A stretch of 64,000 nucleotides of DNA from Phoronis australis. Its lineage: Eukaryota; Animalia; Phoronida. The position numbers were made by a program, and so were the translations under genes. The notes below the pieces were generated by a model that did not search any database, was not told the DNA's origin, and saw only the letters and a program-made list of their open reading frames with translations. This document shows, piece after piece, positions 26,101 to 41,100 of this stretch (position 1 is its first letter; each line of letters opens with the position of its first letter). The DNA lies in the NCBI GenBank assembly GCA_002633005.1, contig NMRA01000029.1:40549-104548 (forward strand), written 5' to 3'.

Positions 26101-29100
26101 AAATGTAATAATTATGAGTTCTAAAATTAACTGGAAGAATAGACACCAAAATCAAAATGAACAAAAATGTTCTAAAAGGTTGTTTTATGCATAACAGAGG
26201 CATGCCGTATACTTTTAATACACTACAAATAATAGAAATAAAGATTTTCAGGATTTGAGATACCTTTTTTTTTCAAGTACTAAAAATTTACTGTGATTCA
26301 GCAGAATTTTTAATAAAATGCTACAAGTAAAATTTCACATTTCCTTAAGCATCATGTGAACAACTTTGACATGGCTAACTGGTTTTACGTACTTTATATC
26401 TGCAAAAAATTAATGAGAGTACTAAAATTTCCCTCCAGAAACTTTGTCCTGATGATATTCAATTAGATTATCAATTTTTGTAGAAAAACGAACTTTTCAT
26501 ACACTACTTACGGTAAAAATTCTTCAGTTTGGGTCATAATATGGTGGACAGGTGAAATTTCATTTTGTTAATTTTTTCAACAAAGATGAATTTTCAGGAA
26601 AATTTATTTTGGTTTTTATGGTTTGTATAGTGTAGCTATTTGCAAACTACATTTGGTAGAATTTTGAGCATTTGCAACAATGTGGTAAGCTTCTGAAAAA
26701 TAGAGATGTGGCAACTTTTGCGATTATATTTGTTCCAAATTGAAGAATTTCACCGTATCCCTTACGTACAGGTCATACAAAGTATGACTAGTTAATTCAA
26801 TCTAGGTATTTTCTACCAAGTTTTACGTTTTCTACTTCATTTCACTTGTCACGGAATATAAGTCCGTGTATTCAAATATCAAAACTCAAAACATTTGGTT
26901 AATTAATAAACTGGTGAAATGTGCACAATCGTTGTTTTGATGGCATGTTTGTACAGACGGAACCCTGCAAATATCACGTGACCAACTGTTGTGTTACCCA
27001 TAATGGCACAGTGAGGTAGTTGGTTTTGGTCAAAGGTCAGACTACATGAACGCATCATGAATACTCATAACAAAAAATGAAAGTCGTTTAACCTAAAACA
27101 TGAGGCGGTAACCTAAATACCTACTGCAATACTTTTCCATGCTGAAGCCCTTCCTAATGCCGATTTGACCCTATTGTTTAACTATCGTAGCTAGACTAAG
27201 TAAAATGGTTTACGATGATATACTGGGTACGTACATCTGCCACGGCAACGCCCTAAAATAGATCAGTGATCTCATGAACACCCCAACTTCTAGAAGACAA
27301 CTACCAACTTCTAGAAGACAACTACAGCTTACACGCACAACAGATTAGCTTGAAATAGCATGAGGGTGGAAATCTGCAACCTGTTTGTTGTGATAAGTTT
27401 CAACATTTTCACAACAACCACTAACTGTTACTGTTGTGTCCACTTAAAGATGCATTTCATCAGGTCTAGCTGGCTAAAAACGAACATTAAAATAGGCCTT
27501 TCACTCTCGTCAAACCGGTCTCATAATATTCTTTACCATGGTAGGATTTTCTTTCCACAACCAAAATGAACACAGAAGCCATCAGCAACTCACGAAAACA
27601 CTTAAGACTTCACAATTCCAACTCAATTCACAAAAGGTCCTAGTACACAACGTCTGTGGCTTGAGTTGATAACGTAACTAGAATCCTATCCCAATAAGGA
27701 ATAATGTAAGACCAATTATAGTAAAATACCCAATGCGATTTTTGTTTTAAGCCACCTGCGAAATGCAACTTTAAAATAATTAGAGGTGGCAAGAAAATAC
27801 AACACAATGTCTAAGAAGAAAAAAGGACAGAGAGCAAAAGAGAAAAACACTTGACCATATAGAGAATATCGCGTGTTGTTTGTATGAATCTATAACAACA
27901 CTCTAAATTTTGTTTATAAAAGAGTTACAGGGACTATACATCATGTTGTTGTTTTGCAATCACGAATGTCACGATGAATGTCTCATTCGTGTTGTTGGTA
28001 TCATGCAGCTCTTGTGCCGGAATTTCAAGGCTATATGGAACCCTGATAAACACAACTGAAATGGGTTCGTTCAATTATTACATAAATTTCTTAAGACGCG
28101 GTATAAAGCTACAGACCACAGATATTATTAATCACAGCAGTTAAACAGACGTCAGTTTAAGGACAAAAAATGCACTTTGGGGATTATTGCTGAAGTTATG
28201 ACCTTTGACCTGAGCAATTACAAAACAACAAAAATGTTTTTGACTTTACAACAAATCACCAAGTATCGTCGTTGCCAGCCAGACGCTCGCTGAAACCAAG
28301 GCTGGTGTCTACTATTTAAAAACGTTCAAAATAACGTTTGGGGTTTAGCTCAGTGGTGGAGAGAATAGGCAGCAGAGGTAGCGAGTTTGCGGCTCATTTC
28401 AGAAAAATTACCCAATAATGTACCTTTAATCAGTACACTGAGTCAACGCTGTGTTTTAGAATAGAAACAGACTGATTCCGAGAGTAATATTAAGTTATAT
28501 AATAAAATGTAGACCATGAGCCATACAGGACTGTTCATGATATCAACAGTAAAAATTCCTCACACTCAACAACCCATCAAAGGAGATGAGAGGTCTCCAA
28601 AGATCTAGGAAATCAAAAAGGTAATCTAGCAGACCAACTTTAACTGTTAATATCATTAGGTTATATAAGGACCGAGGATTAGGAAACTTGCTTCCCTTAA
28701 TTTCTTGTCAGATATCCTCAAGGAATCTGTCCATATTCATTTTTAACGTCTGGATACTGAATGTTTCTTTCCTCTGAAATATTTGTTTCACAAATTGGCA
28801 TGTTTTGCCTGCTTTGATATACTATCCTCTACTTGGTTTGTTTACAGGGTAGGGTAAGGGGCTTTTAGTTTATACGTCCAAAACGCAAAAAATCGCCATT
28901 CTCAAAATCTAGAAAAAAATGCTTATTTTTGCGGACGCGAGAAAATCAATAAACCATGAAATATATTAAAGTCGTTAAAGCAAAAAACTGAAATCGTGCA
29001 ATGAACTATTTTTTCAAAGGATTTCAGTTATTAATTTAATTAGAGGTCCGTGACCTCCCAAGACTCCATCATCTTCACCAAACTCTGTTTACGTGGCCGT

Positions 29101-32100
29101 AAAAGTCAGTGACCCACACTTTTTGAAGATTTGTTGAAGGCAAAGACAAAAATGTAAAACATTAAACTTAGTCTTAATCATTTAACTATAAATTGAAACT
29201 GCACTGAACCACCTTAATTTTCAGCCTCGTCACGAACATTGAATGTAATTATATTTGGATTCAGAATCCATTTCAGGTCAGTAAACTCTAAAAATCTGAT
29301 TGGGAACTAATGCTGAGATGGGAAACTGTAATGCTGGTATCGCCATCTATTGCAAGTGTCCTAAACTAGCATTGCCTAGGTTTTGAATACACGCACGTGT
29401 GTCAATGTGTTCACTGCACAGATACACAAGTTTTGTCCAAGTCTGGACGTGAGAAGATAAACATGCATTTCCAAGACATTAGTGAAGATGAAGTCGAACT
29501 ACCACATGAATTTACAGCTTGTTTATGAAACTGCCAAGCGATGAGACACTTAACTGGCCACAATTACAGTAAAAACTATTAGCCGTTTGAGATGAAATAA
29601 AATTTTGATGGAAGTTAAACTCTGAAAGCTTGACAATTCTCCATTTTGAAGATGAACAATTAAAACCATTATTTGCAGAAAACACTAAATACCAGCATCC
29701 AAGTTTTTCAAAAGTCACGCAATTTTCAATTCCCATGTGAAGCTCATTTGCTGGTAAGCGGAGTCATTGACCCTCCACAGTTGCAACACTTAAATTCATT
29801 AACAAGACCTTCACTCAAGATGGCGTGGGTGGGTGATAAGGGATCCACATAGCGTTGAAATGTTCTTTCATAAAAACACCAAGAGCCTCTCAACGAAGCA
29901 TCTCACCGTGTCAATAATCCGATCAATCATGTTTAACACTTTTGACCTCTCATGGTTTTCTTGGTGGGTCCTCTGCCGTAGATGACCAAAGCTTTCCACG
30001 GTACGGTGTCAAAGAGGAGGCTTTGGTAGTTCCACACAAAGGCTTGACAAGAGACACGACAGTTGGGAGAATTAGAAGAGAGAGATAGAGTGTGCAAACA
30101 GATACTTGTGGGAGCAACAAACATAGTGTCCTCCATATGTAATAACTGTGCTGATATCATTAAGTTTTAGATATATATTGTGCAGTATCCAAACTTTAAT
30201 GACATCACAGCACACAGCTTGGCAAAACAAGTTCTGAGACCCAGTGCCACTAATTTATTTCCAGGGTTCAAAAAACAGTTTTTGAGGTACGACACCGGTG
30301 AATTCCGATTCCACGTTTTGCAGTCGCTTCAAGAACCATTAGAAAATTATTCCGATGGAACCGAGGTAAAGCAGAACCAGCTGTAAGTCCTATCAACCGA
30401 AATTTGCAGTCTGTCCATAACAGCAGTGATCCTAGCCATATTGTGTACAAGTGAAATGTTTGCACAGTCTGAGAAAATGGACAATGTGAACAGTTACAGC
30501 AATGTTACAAGTAAATTGTGGGATGTTAAACAAACACAAGCATCACTGCCACCTATGGTATATTTTGTGTAACTTTTGACAAACCTGAAAGTTTGTAAAA
30601 ATCACAGTTTTTGTAGTTGCACATTTTTCACAAGAATGCAGTGGACAATGAATTTAGGTTTCCTGTGAAAGATCACTAAGTGCACATTCAAGAATATGCT
30701 TAAAGATAAATGTTTTAGTTGATCACGTTACAGACCCTTTCTGACAAGACATTCAGAAATTTTATGAAGATTTCATGGTTGGACTTAAACAGTGTTGTTG
30801 ATCCTTCGGTGGTAGTGAAATACTTGTTGTGCCAATGGACAGACAGTGGTAAAGTCATAGAACAATGAAAAGACACAGGAGAAACAAGGATGCATTCTGT
30901 AAGGCGAGTTTCTTGTGAGTTTGAAAAGATCACACAAGGTGGCATGATTGCCAAAAGTATAAGCAAGAGACTTTATTAGAGAAATGGGCTCCACAAAAGT
31001 GATAGTTCAGCAAGGTTGGAATAATGTAAGCACACTATTTCCATTCCGTCAGACAATATTTCTTACAGGAAGTGCCCCGCGAGTGACTAGCGCTACAGAA
31101 CAAAACCCTTGGAGAGTACAGAAGGACGTATATGACAGATCTTGGATTACTCCTTGGAACAGGTGAACAAAATACCATTGGTCAGATCAACCCTCACTTG
31201 AAATAGTTGAAAATCGTCACGTCAGGTTTGTTTGTAAAACCTCACATTGGAAAGTCTGACAGTTAAAAAAATTTGGCACACTTAACACAATGCGGGTCCA
31301 AAAATGTTGTCATCAAAAGGGTGCTACATAGAGAAAACTGTCAAGGCTCTGGCAAACAATATGTCAGTCTGTAATCAATGGGATAATAGAGTCTAAACAG
31401 AGACAGACAGAAGGCAGAGAAGATTGAAAGAGAAAGTCAAAATTATTCTCTCATTGTACAATCATGAAATAACGGAGAAAGAACAGGATGATAATCTGCT
31501 GTAAAAGTACTTCATTAATAATTTGTTTCTACTCGTTAGTTGTCATGTTTCCATGACAAGTTAATTAACATGATGTCATCAATTTCCTTTGTTTTATAGC
31601 GATGATGGATGGCTAGTTGTTAAAAACTGGACAGGCAGCCACCAAAAGTAATCAAGACAAAATTCGGTTAATCAGAGTTCGTCTCACACAGATTTGTTAC
31701 TTAAGATGCGGTGTATTCATAGATGTGACATTAACAGGACAAACAGATTTTCATTGGCGTAATGCAGATACATGACAGTAACTTGTGATCTCTGGAGCAT
31801 TGAAGATAGACAGTGGTATACCACATGAGATGGTATCGCGCAAAGCTTCACGACCTCATAAAATCTCTGGAAGCTCTCAAAGTACCGACTGTCAGCGCCA
31901 CTCTGCGTTGTTTCATTGCTCACTTACCAAAATGTTGACAAGCAAAGTCAATCTTTGGTTAAAGTGATTTGATTACTATAGGCGGCTTTTGTATTTTGTT
32001 GCACACATGAATTTAGACAAAATCTTTCAATGAATGAAAAGTACAAAAAAAAAACAGGAGAAATCACGTCTATTTTGACAAGGTACGCTCCCGCATAATC

Positions 32101-35100
32101 ACTAACTACAAAGCTTTACAATTTGTGAAGAAGCTTGTTATTTTGAGTTATGTAGGACAGACTTGTGGTAGCTTAGTAACTACACATTCTGTGGTGGGTA
32201 GAAACATAAAACATGCAGTTCAGTATGTGGGGGCATAGCCACGTACTATGTCAACAGATAACTTACAGCATATGGCTGACTTAACATTAGGAGTTACAGA
32301 ACAATGTGTTTTATTATTATCATAGCAGAACACACAATAAGCTTTAGTTACCTTTTGGGTGGTGGTCCATCGACTTTCTTGCCAGCTTTTTGTGTGCCAC
32401 TTTCATTCCCTTCTCTGGGTTGATAGGTGGCGCTGGTGCAGGAACGGGCGTCGAAGCTGGTACCGAGGGAGTTGCCTGCGTTTCAGACTTCTTTCGATGA
32501 CTCTCGCCACTGTTTCCATTTTCATTCATAGACCTGCTTATGTCTTGTATATCTTTTTTGGCTTTAGTCATTTTGAACACGGCAGTGTCATTTTTAGAAA
32601 CCGTGTTAGTTTTTGTCAAAGTCTCGCTTCCCTTCGTTGACGCCGCAGCTTCTTTCTCATTATTTCGCACCTCTGAGCTGCGGGCAAGAATCGACTTGCG
32701 TCGGGCGTCCATTGGCTTGTGCAAGGCCGATCCAGTGATGGTGAGATCAATGCCAATATAGGGAGGCACAGTGACTTGTGGCTGCTTGCAGGCAAGTTCA
32801 AACAGACCTGTGTCAGCATTTCTGTCAACCCTCCTGTCGAGGACAACTGACAAAGGAAGAAGAAGAGTCAGTTTGTAGCCAAATAATGAAATAATGGGGT
32901 TGCTAAGACGTAAAGTGAATAAAGAACAAAAAACACAACAAATAATGACTCCGTGGTAAGTGAAACAGATCTGCTACTTCTGATATGCAAAATTGGTGCA
33001 CCATATTGATATCTGATATTGAATTTCTTGCCTACAGTGTATCATTTTAATGAGAACAAGTCCTTTAAGAAATTAGCTACTTATACATTTTAACACAAAA
33101 CTTATTGGTAATAATGATTCATGATTTCCCTTGGTAACTGCCTGGTAAATTCCTTTCTAGTCATGACTGAAACCATGTGAAATTAACTGGCGCAATTGCC
33201 GTCCATCAGCAAATTTCTCCTGCTTTCAATAATCATAACAAAGGATTATGTCAACCACATAAAAAATAAATGGGCTCGGTAGCACTGACAATCACCTTTG
33301 AGAGTATCCTCCAGTACGCCGCCACACAGCCTGGCTGTGACCTTTGTACTTGCACACATGCTGGGACTAGAGTTGATCTCAATCAGCCATGGCTGGTAGT
33401 CCTCCGTCAACATGAAGTCAGCCCCGTAGAGCTCGAAGGAATTCTGCAAGTAAAGTTAGCGATTACACTATAATAACCTTTACAATGTTTGACATGCTAC
33501 AAATGAAATGAAACGCATCGAGTGTCACTGGGATGGCAGTTTGTTGGTAACAAAAACAAAATGCATTGACCATACAGCAAAAAATTACCATGATTGCAAA
33601 GAGCAGTCAGTAATTGCAGGGTTGCTGCCACTGCTATCCTGTTACAGACATTTTTGGTGGTTCACATACACCAAAAATAGCAGCCAAATGAAACAATGTG
33701 CCGGGCAAATGAATACAACCGCTGAAAGTATGCAAATAAGCCAATACAACTGACAGCACTGGGCAGTGCTCGCAGCTATATGCAGGAACTGGCCAAGAGA
33801 TTTTTAATGTTACGTCCCTTAAGGAACTGCCTAAGTCCTCAAGTGTGGCGATGGATGAAAAAAAAAATGTTCCCATAGCAACAAGCATTAGCTAATTAAC
33901 ATCTTCGTCAACATTACCTATTAACCACAATCACGTGACTCTGATATGTGCCAAATGTGTGACTCAGATTTAAGAATTATGGACAGCATTTCTTCCAAAA
34001 ATCAGCTCTCAGATTCCATTAAGCTCATGACTACAAGTGAGACGAGAATAGTCTTAGAAATATCTGCAGATCTCTGTTCTATGCTCAGTAAAGACATGAT
34101 TCTTATGACTTAAAGTGGTGCCTTAATCGTCATTGTATTTGTACAGGGGCCGATGGCCTTTATGCTATTTTGACTAAATACTCCTCCATCACAATTTCGT
34201 TTGCTTCAATGTTCTTTTCACTCCATGTTATATTGGCCAGTATATTAGAACACTAAAAGGGAGGCAAAATTTCCAGGAACAGAAAGCAACCTCCGGTAAA
34301 TGGGGTTTTGTCCATTTACTACAAAGAGCCACTTAGGTGTACTGGCCAATCATACGCGTTGACATTGAATCCTCCGCACTGCAATGTAGTCATCTACACA
34401 GACCACTGAATCATGGCTATACAAACCGTAACACCATGCGCACAAACAAAATATCATGCTCACTTACCACTGACATTCACACAAGCACTGAATTATCCAA
34501 ATAAATCATTAGTCATTTTCATTCATATTATACGAATCTGTGGTTTGTGCGGATGATTCGACATTTGTTCGTACCAATTGTCTGATATGCCTACAAATTA
34601 CTGTAGAAGACATTCCCAGGACACGGCCATACCTTTCTAAACTCTATAATATCTTGAGTAGCGGCCAAAGCACACTGTATCGCTCTCTTCATTCCAGGGT
34701 AGATGACATCTTCCCACAAAGTAGGGTGACCTTTTGACCTATTGGAGCAAAGGTAAAAAAGTTCGCATGAAATAAAAACATCAACGTCAATGAATGCCGG
34801 TATTTACAGAGTAACACAAGATGCCCAACCTACAAAATTTGGTGCATAAAATTTTAAATTCTTATACTTTTGGAAAAAACAAAAAATTGTCGGCCGACTC
34901 TTCACGCCAAAAATAGAAAACTTGTAACTCCTGACACACGACTTGCCTGAGATAATCCCTGAAGTCATCCGACGACCACATGTTCTCGACAGGAAGTTCC
35001 GATGGCCTGTCCTTTTGATTGTCATAGTTCTTTTGAATTGCATTATTTGATAAATGAATAGACCTGGAAATAAGCAGACAAAATTAACAATATACTGACA

Positions 35101-38100
35101 AAACCAAAATGCAGTCAAATGCAGCACTGTACTGATTTCAACTGGTCAGCTTCCTTAGGACATGAAAAAGAGTGTCTGAGCTTGACCTTCAACTTTGACC
35201 TTCCTACTCAAGCCCCTGTGGGTGGAAAATCAGAGGTTAGTTTTTGAGGTTTCGACAAAAGAGGCGAATGCCGAAACAAATTATAATGAAACCAGAAAAC
35301 AGCATGGTAAAGAATCTACAAAAACTAATTTAAAAGCATCTTGAGGAATGAGCATGATTATGAAGATACGTGTTTCGAGATTCATTTGCCTGACAAAATC
35401 TGAGTGTTAAGTACACTGCACAGAATATCAAGAATTTCATGTATTCTGGGCATGACACTAGGATACTAAGTAGGGTTCCACAAGTTAAACCCGCCAAACA
35501 AACTAAACATATAGGATGCAACTCAACACCACTGGTAGAGCACAAAAACAACAGTTTCATAAAAAGTGATTGCAAAACATTGTGCAGTCAAAGTTTCAGC
35601 CACATTAGTCATGTACTGTAGGTGGTGCTGAATGCGGTCCACCAAATACACTATCGCCATCTAGTGACACAGCTTCAGTTACTTCAGATGTCACATGAGA
35701 AAATCGTTATTTAATGTGCAAATGACTTGCACTATTTGTGAATAAAGTAATGAGGCTAACAGTTAGTGAACTTGACTCACTCGTCAAAGTTGTCCAGCGT
35801 AAACTGTTGAGTGCAGAACCGCAGATAACACTCCTTGTAGAACCAGAAGGTTAAAGGGTTCCAGTCAGTCACCAAGAACCATTGACGAATGTCGAACTTG
35901 GTGTTGTAGATCAACAGGGGGCGCTCTGAAAACAGATAAGGTACAGTCAGGGTGGTTTAGTTCACGCACAAGTGGAATGCAGGCCTAAGTCAAATCTTTT
36001 GCAGGAATCAACGACTTAGCAAAGGCTACAGTTTGGTGACTTATGAGGGAATGTTGAAGAAGATACGACTAAAATTCTGTAATTAATGTTAAAATGAGTT
36101 TTATATACTTTTTCTTAGTTAAGACAAATTCCTACTTGCAAGGCAAGTTAGTGTCTTGTGCTTGACAAAAAATGTGCCGCATGGTGATGTTCACACAGAT
36201 GATTTTAGATTGATTTAAAATTGGTTTGTGTTCAAATCAATACAACCTGCACCCACTTGCGGATGTGGTTTTGAATCGATTTAACCTAAATTAAGAAAAT
36301 TGATTTCTATTTTGTGTAGTGTCAATATACAATCAAATTGATTTGACGCAGACGGGGGGAAGTGAGGTATACTCGCACATGTACAAATCTAGATACCTGC
36401 ACGTACCTAGTTTGTAAAACATTTTTACAAAAACCTTAACCTCCATTTCTATCACCTCACCAAAGACATGAGATTCCCTAAAGAAAATACAAACTTTCAA
36501 AAGTAAACAATGTGAGAACATTTCAATTACCCGCCATTTGTAAAAGGAAGCTATTGACAGGTGTCTAAACCAGTTTGGTCTTTGCAGTGTAAATGTGGAG
36601 ACGAATCGACTTAAGTCAATTGAGATAAATCGATTCAAAGTAAATCGATACCAAACTTCAGTGTCAACTGGGTATAAGACCTTTCCCTCAACGTTTAGTG
36701 CTCCAGTCACCAACTATTGATCCCAATCCTTGAAAACAATCTTCAGTTGTTCACAATTAAACAAATTCAGTTTTGCGTTGTGCGAACCTACCTATATACT
36801 TCTGGACTACGAACTTGCTATCCTTTCTAACTACGGACGAGCTAACCAACTTTGTCATATCTTCTAATCTATCACAGCAGAAAATTCCTGAAACAAAAGC
36901 CTGAACTGCATTAACAAGCAAAATTCCTAAAAATCCATCTCAAAAATGTTTAATTAAGTCTATATTCTGTCTACTAATGACAGTTCTATACGTAATGTCA
37001 GCTCATGTACCAGCTTTCCAACTCTAACTTCATGCTTGATGCTCTTAACAGCAAAATCTTATTATGTCTTAACTAGGTAAAAAACTAAGAGCTCTATTGA
37101 GAATCAGGATTTGCAAGCTGCGGATAACAACAAAACTTGACAATAAAAAATAAACCAACATCAACGAAGATCAGTAGCGCTATAGTTAACAGCCAGTGAA
37201 ACCATTTTACCCCGCTCTCACTTTCAGGAAGCTAATTATTTTATAATAACAATTGATCACTTTCAGTGGACACTCTCATGACAATTAAGGTACATGTAAA
37301 ATAAAAATGAAAAACCGGACAATCGCCGCACAAATAAAGATGGTGATGACCAGCTACTGAGCGTGTTCTATGTATCTCTCACTTCACTCTACGAATGTTA
37401 CCGGAGCTGTATGTTGGCACTTGTTGTCCTAAATTGTTGTAAATATGATCCTGATGATGTCTTATGAAAACACGAAACGTTGAATTGAACATGAACTTTT
37501 TTATTTGTGTGGCGATTGTCCGGTTTTTGATCTTATTGTGGCCATAAACTGATTTAAAATAAAAATGGCATCCACTAGTACATTGGCAGTAGTCACTGAC
37601 AGAGGTTCTGGACTTTGAGAACCAGTTTGATGCCCATTATTCAGTAGAGAAAACTGGTTCTCAAAATACGAGACCCCTGTATAAGTGACTATTACAGGCG
37701 CATTAAGAACATAGAGGAACATGGTAGCGACATGACGCCATGTATACAGCAAGTTCCTTCCATACCTCGACCTCTAGATTTGGCACCTGGCTTGACAATC
37801 CAGACATTTTTGATCCCATCTAGGTCTATCTGTGGCACAAGTGGCTTCAGTCGATTCAGCAACATGTTGACCTCTTCAACTTTTTCACTCCATCCAGGTA
37901 TCACAGCTTCATCACTGGGTGAGCAAAGATATAAAAGACTTCACAGTACCATAATGAACATTAAATAACAGGTCAACTAAAAACAAAACACGGGTCATTC
38001 ACATGAATGCTTCCATTTTCAATACAAGAAATTGTGGCATGAATCAGTCAAGGCAATACAGCCCATTATGAAATTAGCTCTTCTAAGCAGTGAGGTATGA

Positions 38101-41100
38101 AAACGTGTCACCGCATAGTTTCATTATGGGGGAAAAATATTGAAAGCTGTGCATTCACAAATTACTTCAGTTTTTCAAAAAAAAATTCTTTCAGGCAATG
38201 ACACAGGAGCAAACATTTGTTAGCTTTGACATTACTAAATGCATTTTATTCATTTAATAATTACATCTAATGTGGAAAAAGTAAGGAACCATTGTAGTGA
38301 GACTGACAAAGTACCTCCGTCTATGATGACAGTGAAAGATCGAGCAAACAAAAAATGGAGCACTTTCCACTGACAAATCTTGATTTCAGGAACATGATAC
38401 AGGTAGCGACGAATAAGCAAACAGGCTGGTCTGACAAAAAACTTAAGTTGATATAATTTTGCTTGAATTTTGCTTACATGCAGGACCTCCACAGTGGTAC
38501 TTATTGTTGGTGATCTAATCAAAAAAATGATCACTACCAGAGATCTCTAAAAGAGGTCGAGAAGAAAAATCCCCCAAAATCTTTATTCTTGATTCTTGAA
38601 CAAATTTCTTTTTAAAAATTTTCCCAATTAATCCCTTGTCAATAAAGGTATTGCTGGATTGTTATTAGCAAAACTGTCAACAAGTGAACTCCAGTTGATG
38701 TTTAATGCTTTCAACTCAGCTTCACACAAATTTGCTAAGCAGTCCCCTCTACTCCAAAGGAGTCCCTAAGGTTTTTTTATGCAAAATAACTTTGGAAAAG
38801 AGGCGTTTCAGAAATAGGAGATAGACTTACTGCACTAATGCGTAGTACCACTGTAAAAACTGGCTCCACTCCTCCTCATTCAGAGAATTGGGCTGAAACA
38901 AAAATCAACAAATACATGACACACAGTACATGCCAAACGTATCTAGACGAAATGGCCCAGAACCCGTCATGACGCTTGTCGAGCAGAAGCCATATTCATC
39001 CATGGAGTAATCCCAAAAATGAAGGGAGCTAGTCATTATCTAATTACAATTTTCTGCCATAACAGTGATTACCAGTCATTTATGCTGTTGATAAAACTAG
39101 CTGTCTTCACCAGGAAACCATTAGTAACTGTTGACATGTACTGTAAAATCACCAGAGGACACAAACGCAATATCTGAGTAGCAAACGGTCACATTTTTTC
39201 ACATATTTGTTTTTAATCCCCTATGCTTAATGCTCTCCACTGCTTTTAGATTAATTAATTAAAACACTGCGAGCTACTACAGAAACTGAGACGACTCGGC
39301 TTGCTGTTGTCTTTAAATCCCTCGTTATGTAATCAAAGTGCTTCTGTCACTCAATTGTTTACATTCTCATAGAAGAATGAACTCTGGTTAAAATGAAAAC
39401 AAGTTACACGGTAACCACGATAAGCAAGATTACCTCTATGAATGTATCAAGAAATACATCACTTTTCTCGTCAATAAACTTCTCTATTTGTTGAATAGCA
39501 ATTTCCAGCGTCCTGGCCGGCAAGGGTTGCCCTTTCTTCTTCTTTCCTTTCCGGCCTGGGGAGGTGACAGCATTTTCCGAAATGGTATCTGAAATTTATT
39601 GAAAACTTATTTCAGTGTTGTAGAGGTAAATTTTCATATTTAGACCACTTATCATACATCTCAAACTGTTCATTACTTGGCTTAAGAGTGATTTTTAGCA
39701 TGGAATAATCTAGTGGCTCATTACAATCTTTCACAGTGCTATGAAAGGTAGCACTGTTGAATGGTGTTTAACATGGTTTCTCATTGGTTCAAGTAATGAA
39801 TCCGACATCATAAAAAACAGTCATTCCCATTGGCTGAAATCTGGGAAACCCCTTTCAGTTTACAGTTGCCAAGTATAGTGACCACCTTTGACTTGAATAG
39901 TAACTGTTGTATTTTATAAAAATGGGCAGTGATCGAACTAAATAAAATCAAGAGAACCCCAATCCAGTGGCTTAAGCCCAAATAAGTACAGTGCAAGTGG
40001 TGGTAATGTGACTGGTATACTTCCCACCAAGGCATTGATGCCCACACACGGAATTCTGAGTGTAGTTCATCATGTTTCCACAGGACCACTTTTCAATATA
40101 GGTGGCGCTGTGACAGAGGGTAACACCTCACTATTGCTTAAGGCAAGGCTCAAAAAGTTGGTTAGACCACCTGGTGATCAATTTTTTATCGAGCAGGGTC
40201 TCAAGCAAAAACAAATTGTCAATTTTTCCCAAGCACAGAAATCCCTTCTAACCCGAGTAAGGCACAGGGCAGATAAGTGTAAATCAAAAGTTGTATGTGA
40301 TAGTACGCACTACCAGACCTCCTACCTAACTCCAGTACGGAAACAAGACATATTGTTACACTCAATTGAGCATTACTTGAAATACAAAGGTACAGTATTA
40401 AAACAGCTCACTTAAAGCTTTGTCTTAGTCAAGTTTGGTAGATTATCAGAATATGAATGAGTACACTGTTAAGAAAATCATTACAAAATCAATAGTTTTC
40501 AAAAACTGCATACAATCTTCTTGGCGAGATTCCTAGCTAACCTACCAATGCTGGCCGATTCACTCCTCTTCTCCTCCATGTGAGTGCACTTGTTAGGCGA
40601 GGTCGTGCCAGGTCGCGACCTCGTGCACTCTGGCTGAGTGCAGACTTCATCCATCTGCTCCTCTGGTTCAGGACCACCTTCTTGTTTCAACCTCACCCAC
40701 TTGAGTACATTCATACAAGCCGTGAGCCTAAAGTCGTCTGCAATATATGCAATTAGACATGAAATGACAAGGGATATTTGAAAATTGGACAACACTCAGC
40801 GAAAAGGGCTTTCTAAAACTGAAATTCTGATAACAGCAGAAAAGAGCGTATCAATTTCCATAGAGCAGAAAGAGCAACTGTCACCAACAACGAGAGAACA
40901 AGGTTCAAGTTTGAGTATATTATTACGTCAATGGTACAAACTTATTGTGACGAGCACCCATAAGTCACACAAAACTGTCAAAACGCTTCGAGATATCCTT
41001 CACCCTAGATCTTGTGAACTGAAAAACAAGTTTTCACATCTTGTGATTCCAATTCTCCTGTGGCGACCTGAGGCGCATAATTTTGTTTAACGTAATTTAC

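Noticed and set aside
29907-31200. Candidate extra TTLL3 exons in the last intron (e.g. 26-nt ALVTRGALP at ~31067-31092; acceptor at ~30042)
   Set aside because: Not needed for phase, several frames contain stops, and no supporting homology is visible
32359-32846. Antisense and alternate-frame ORFs over TTLL3 exons
   Set aside because: Shadow ORFs of the real coding exon
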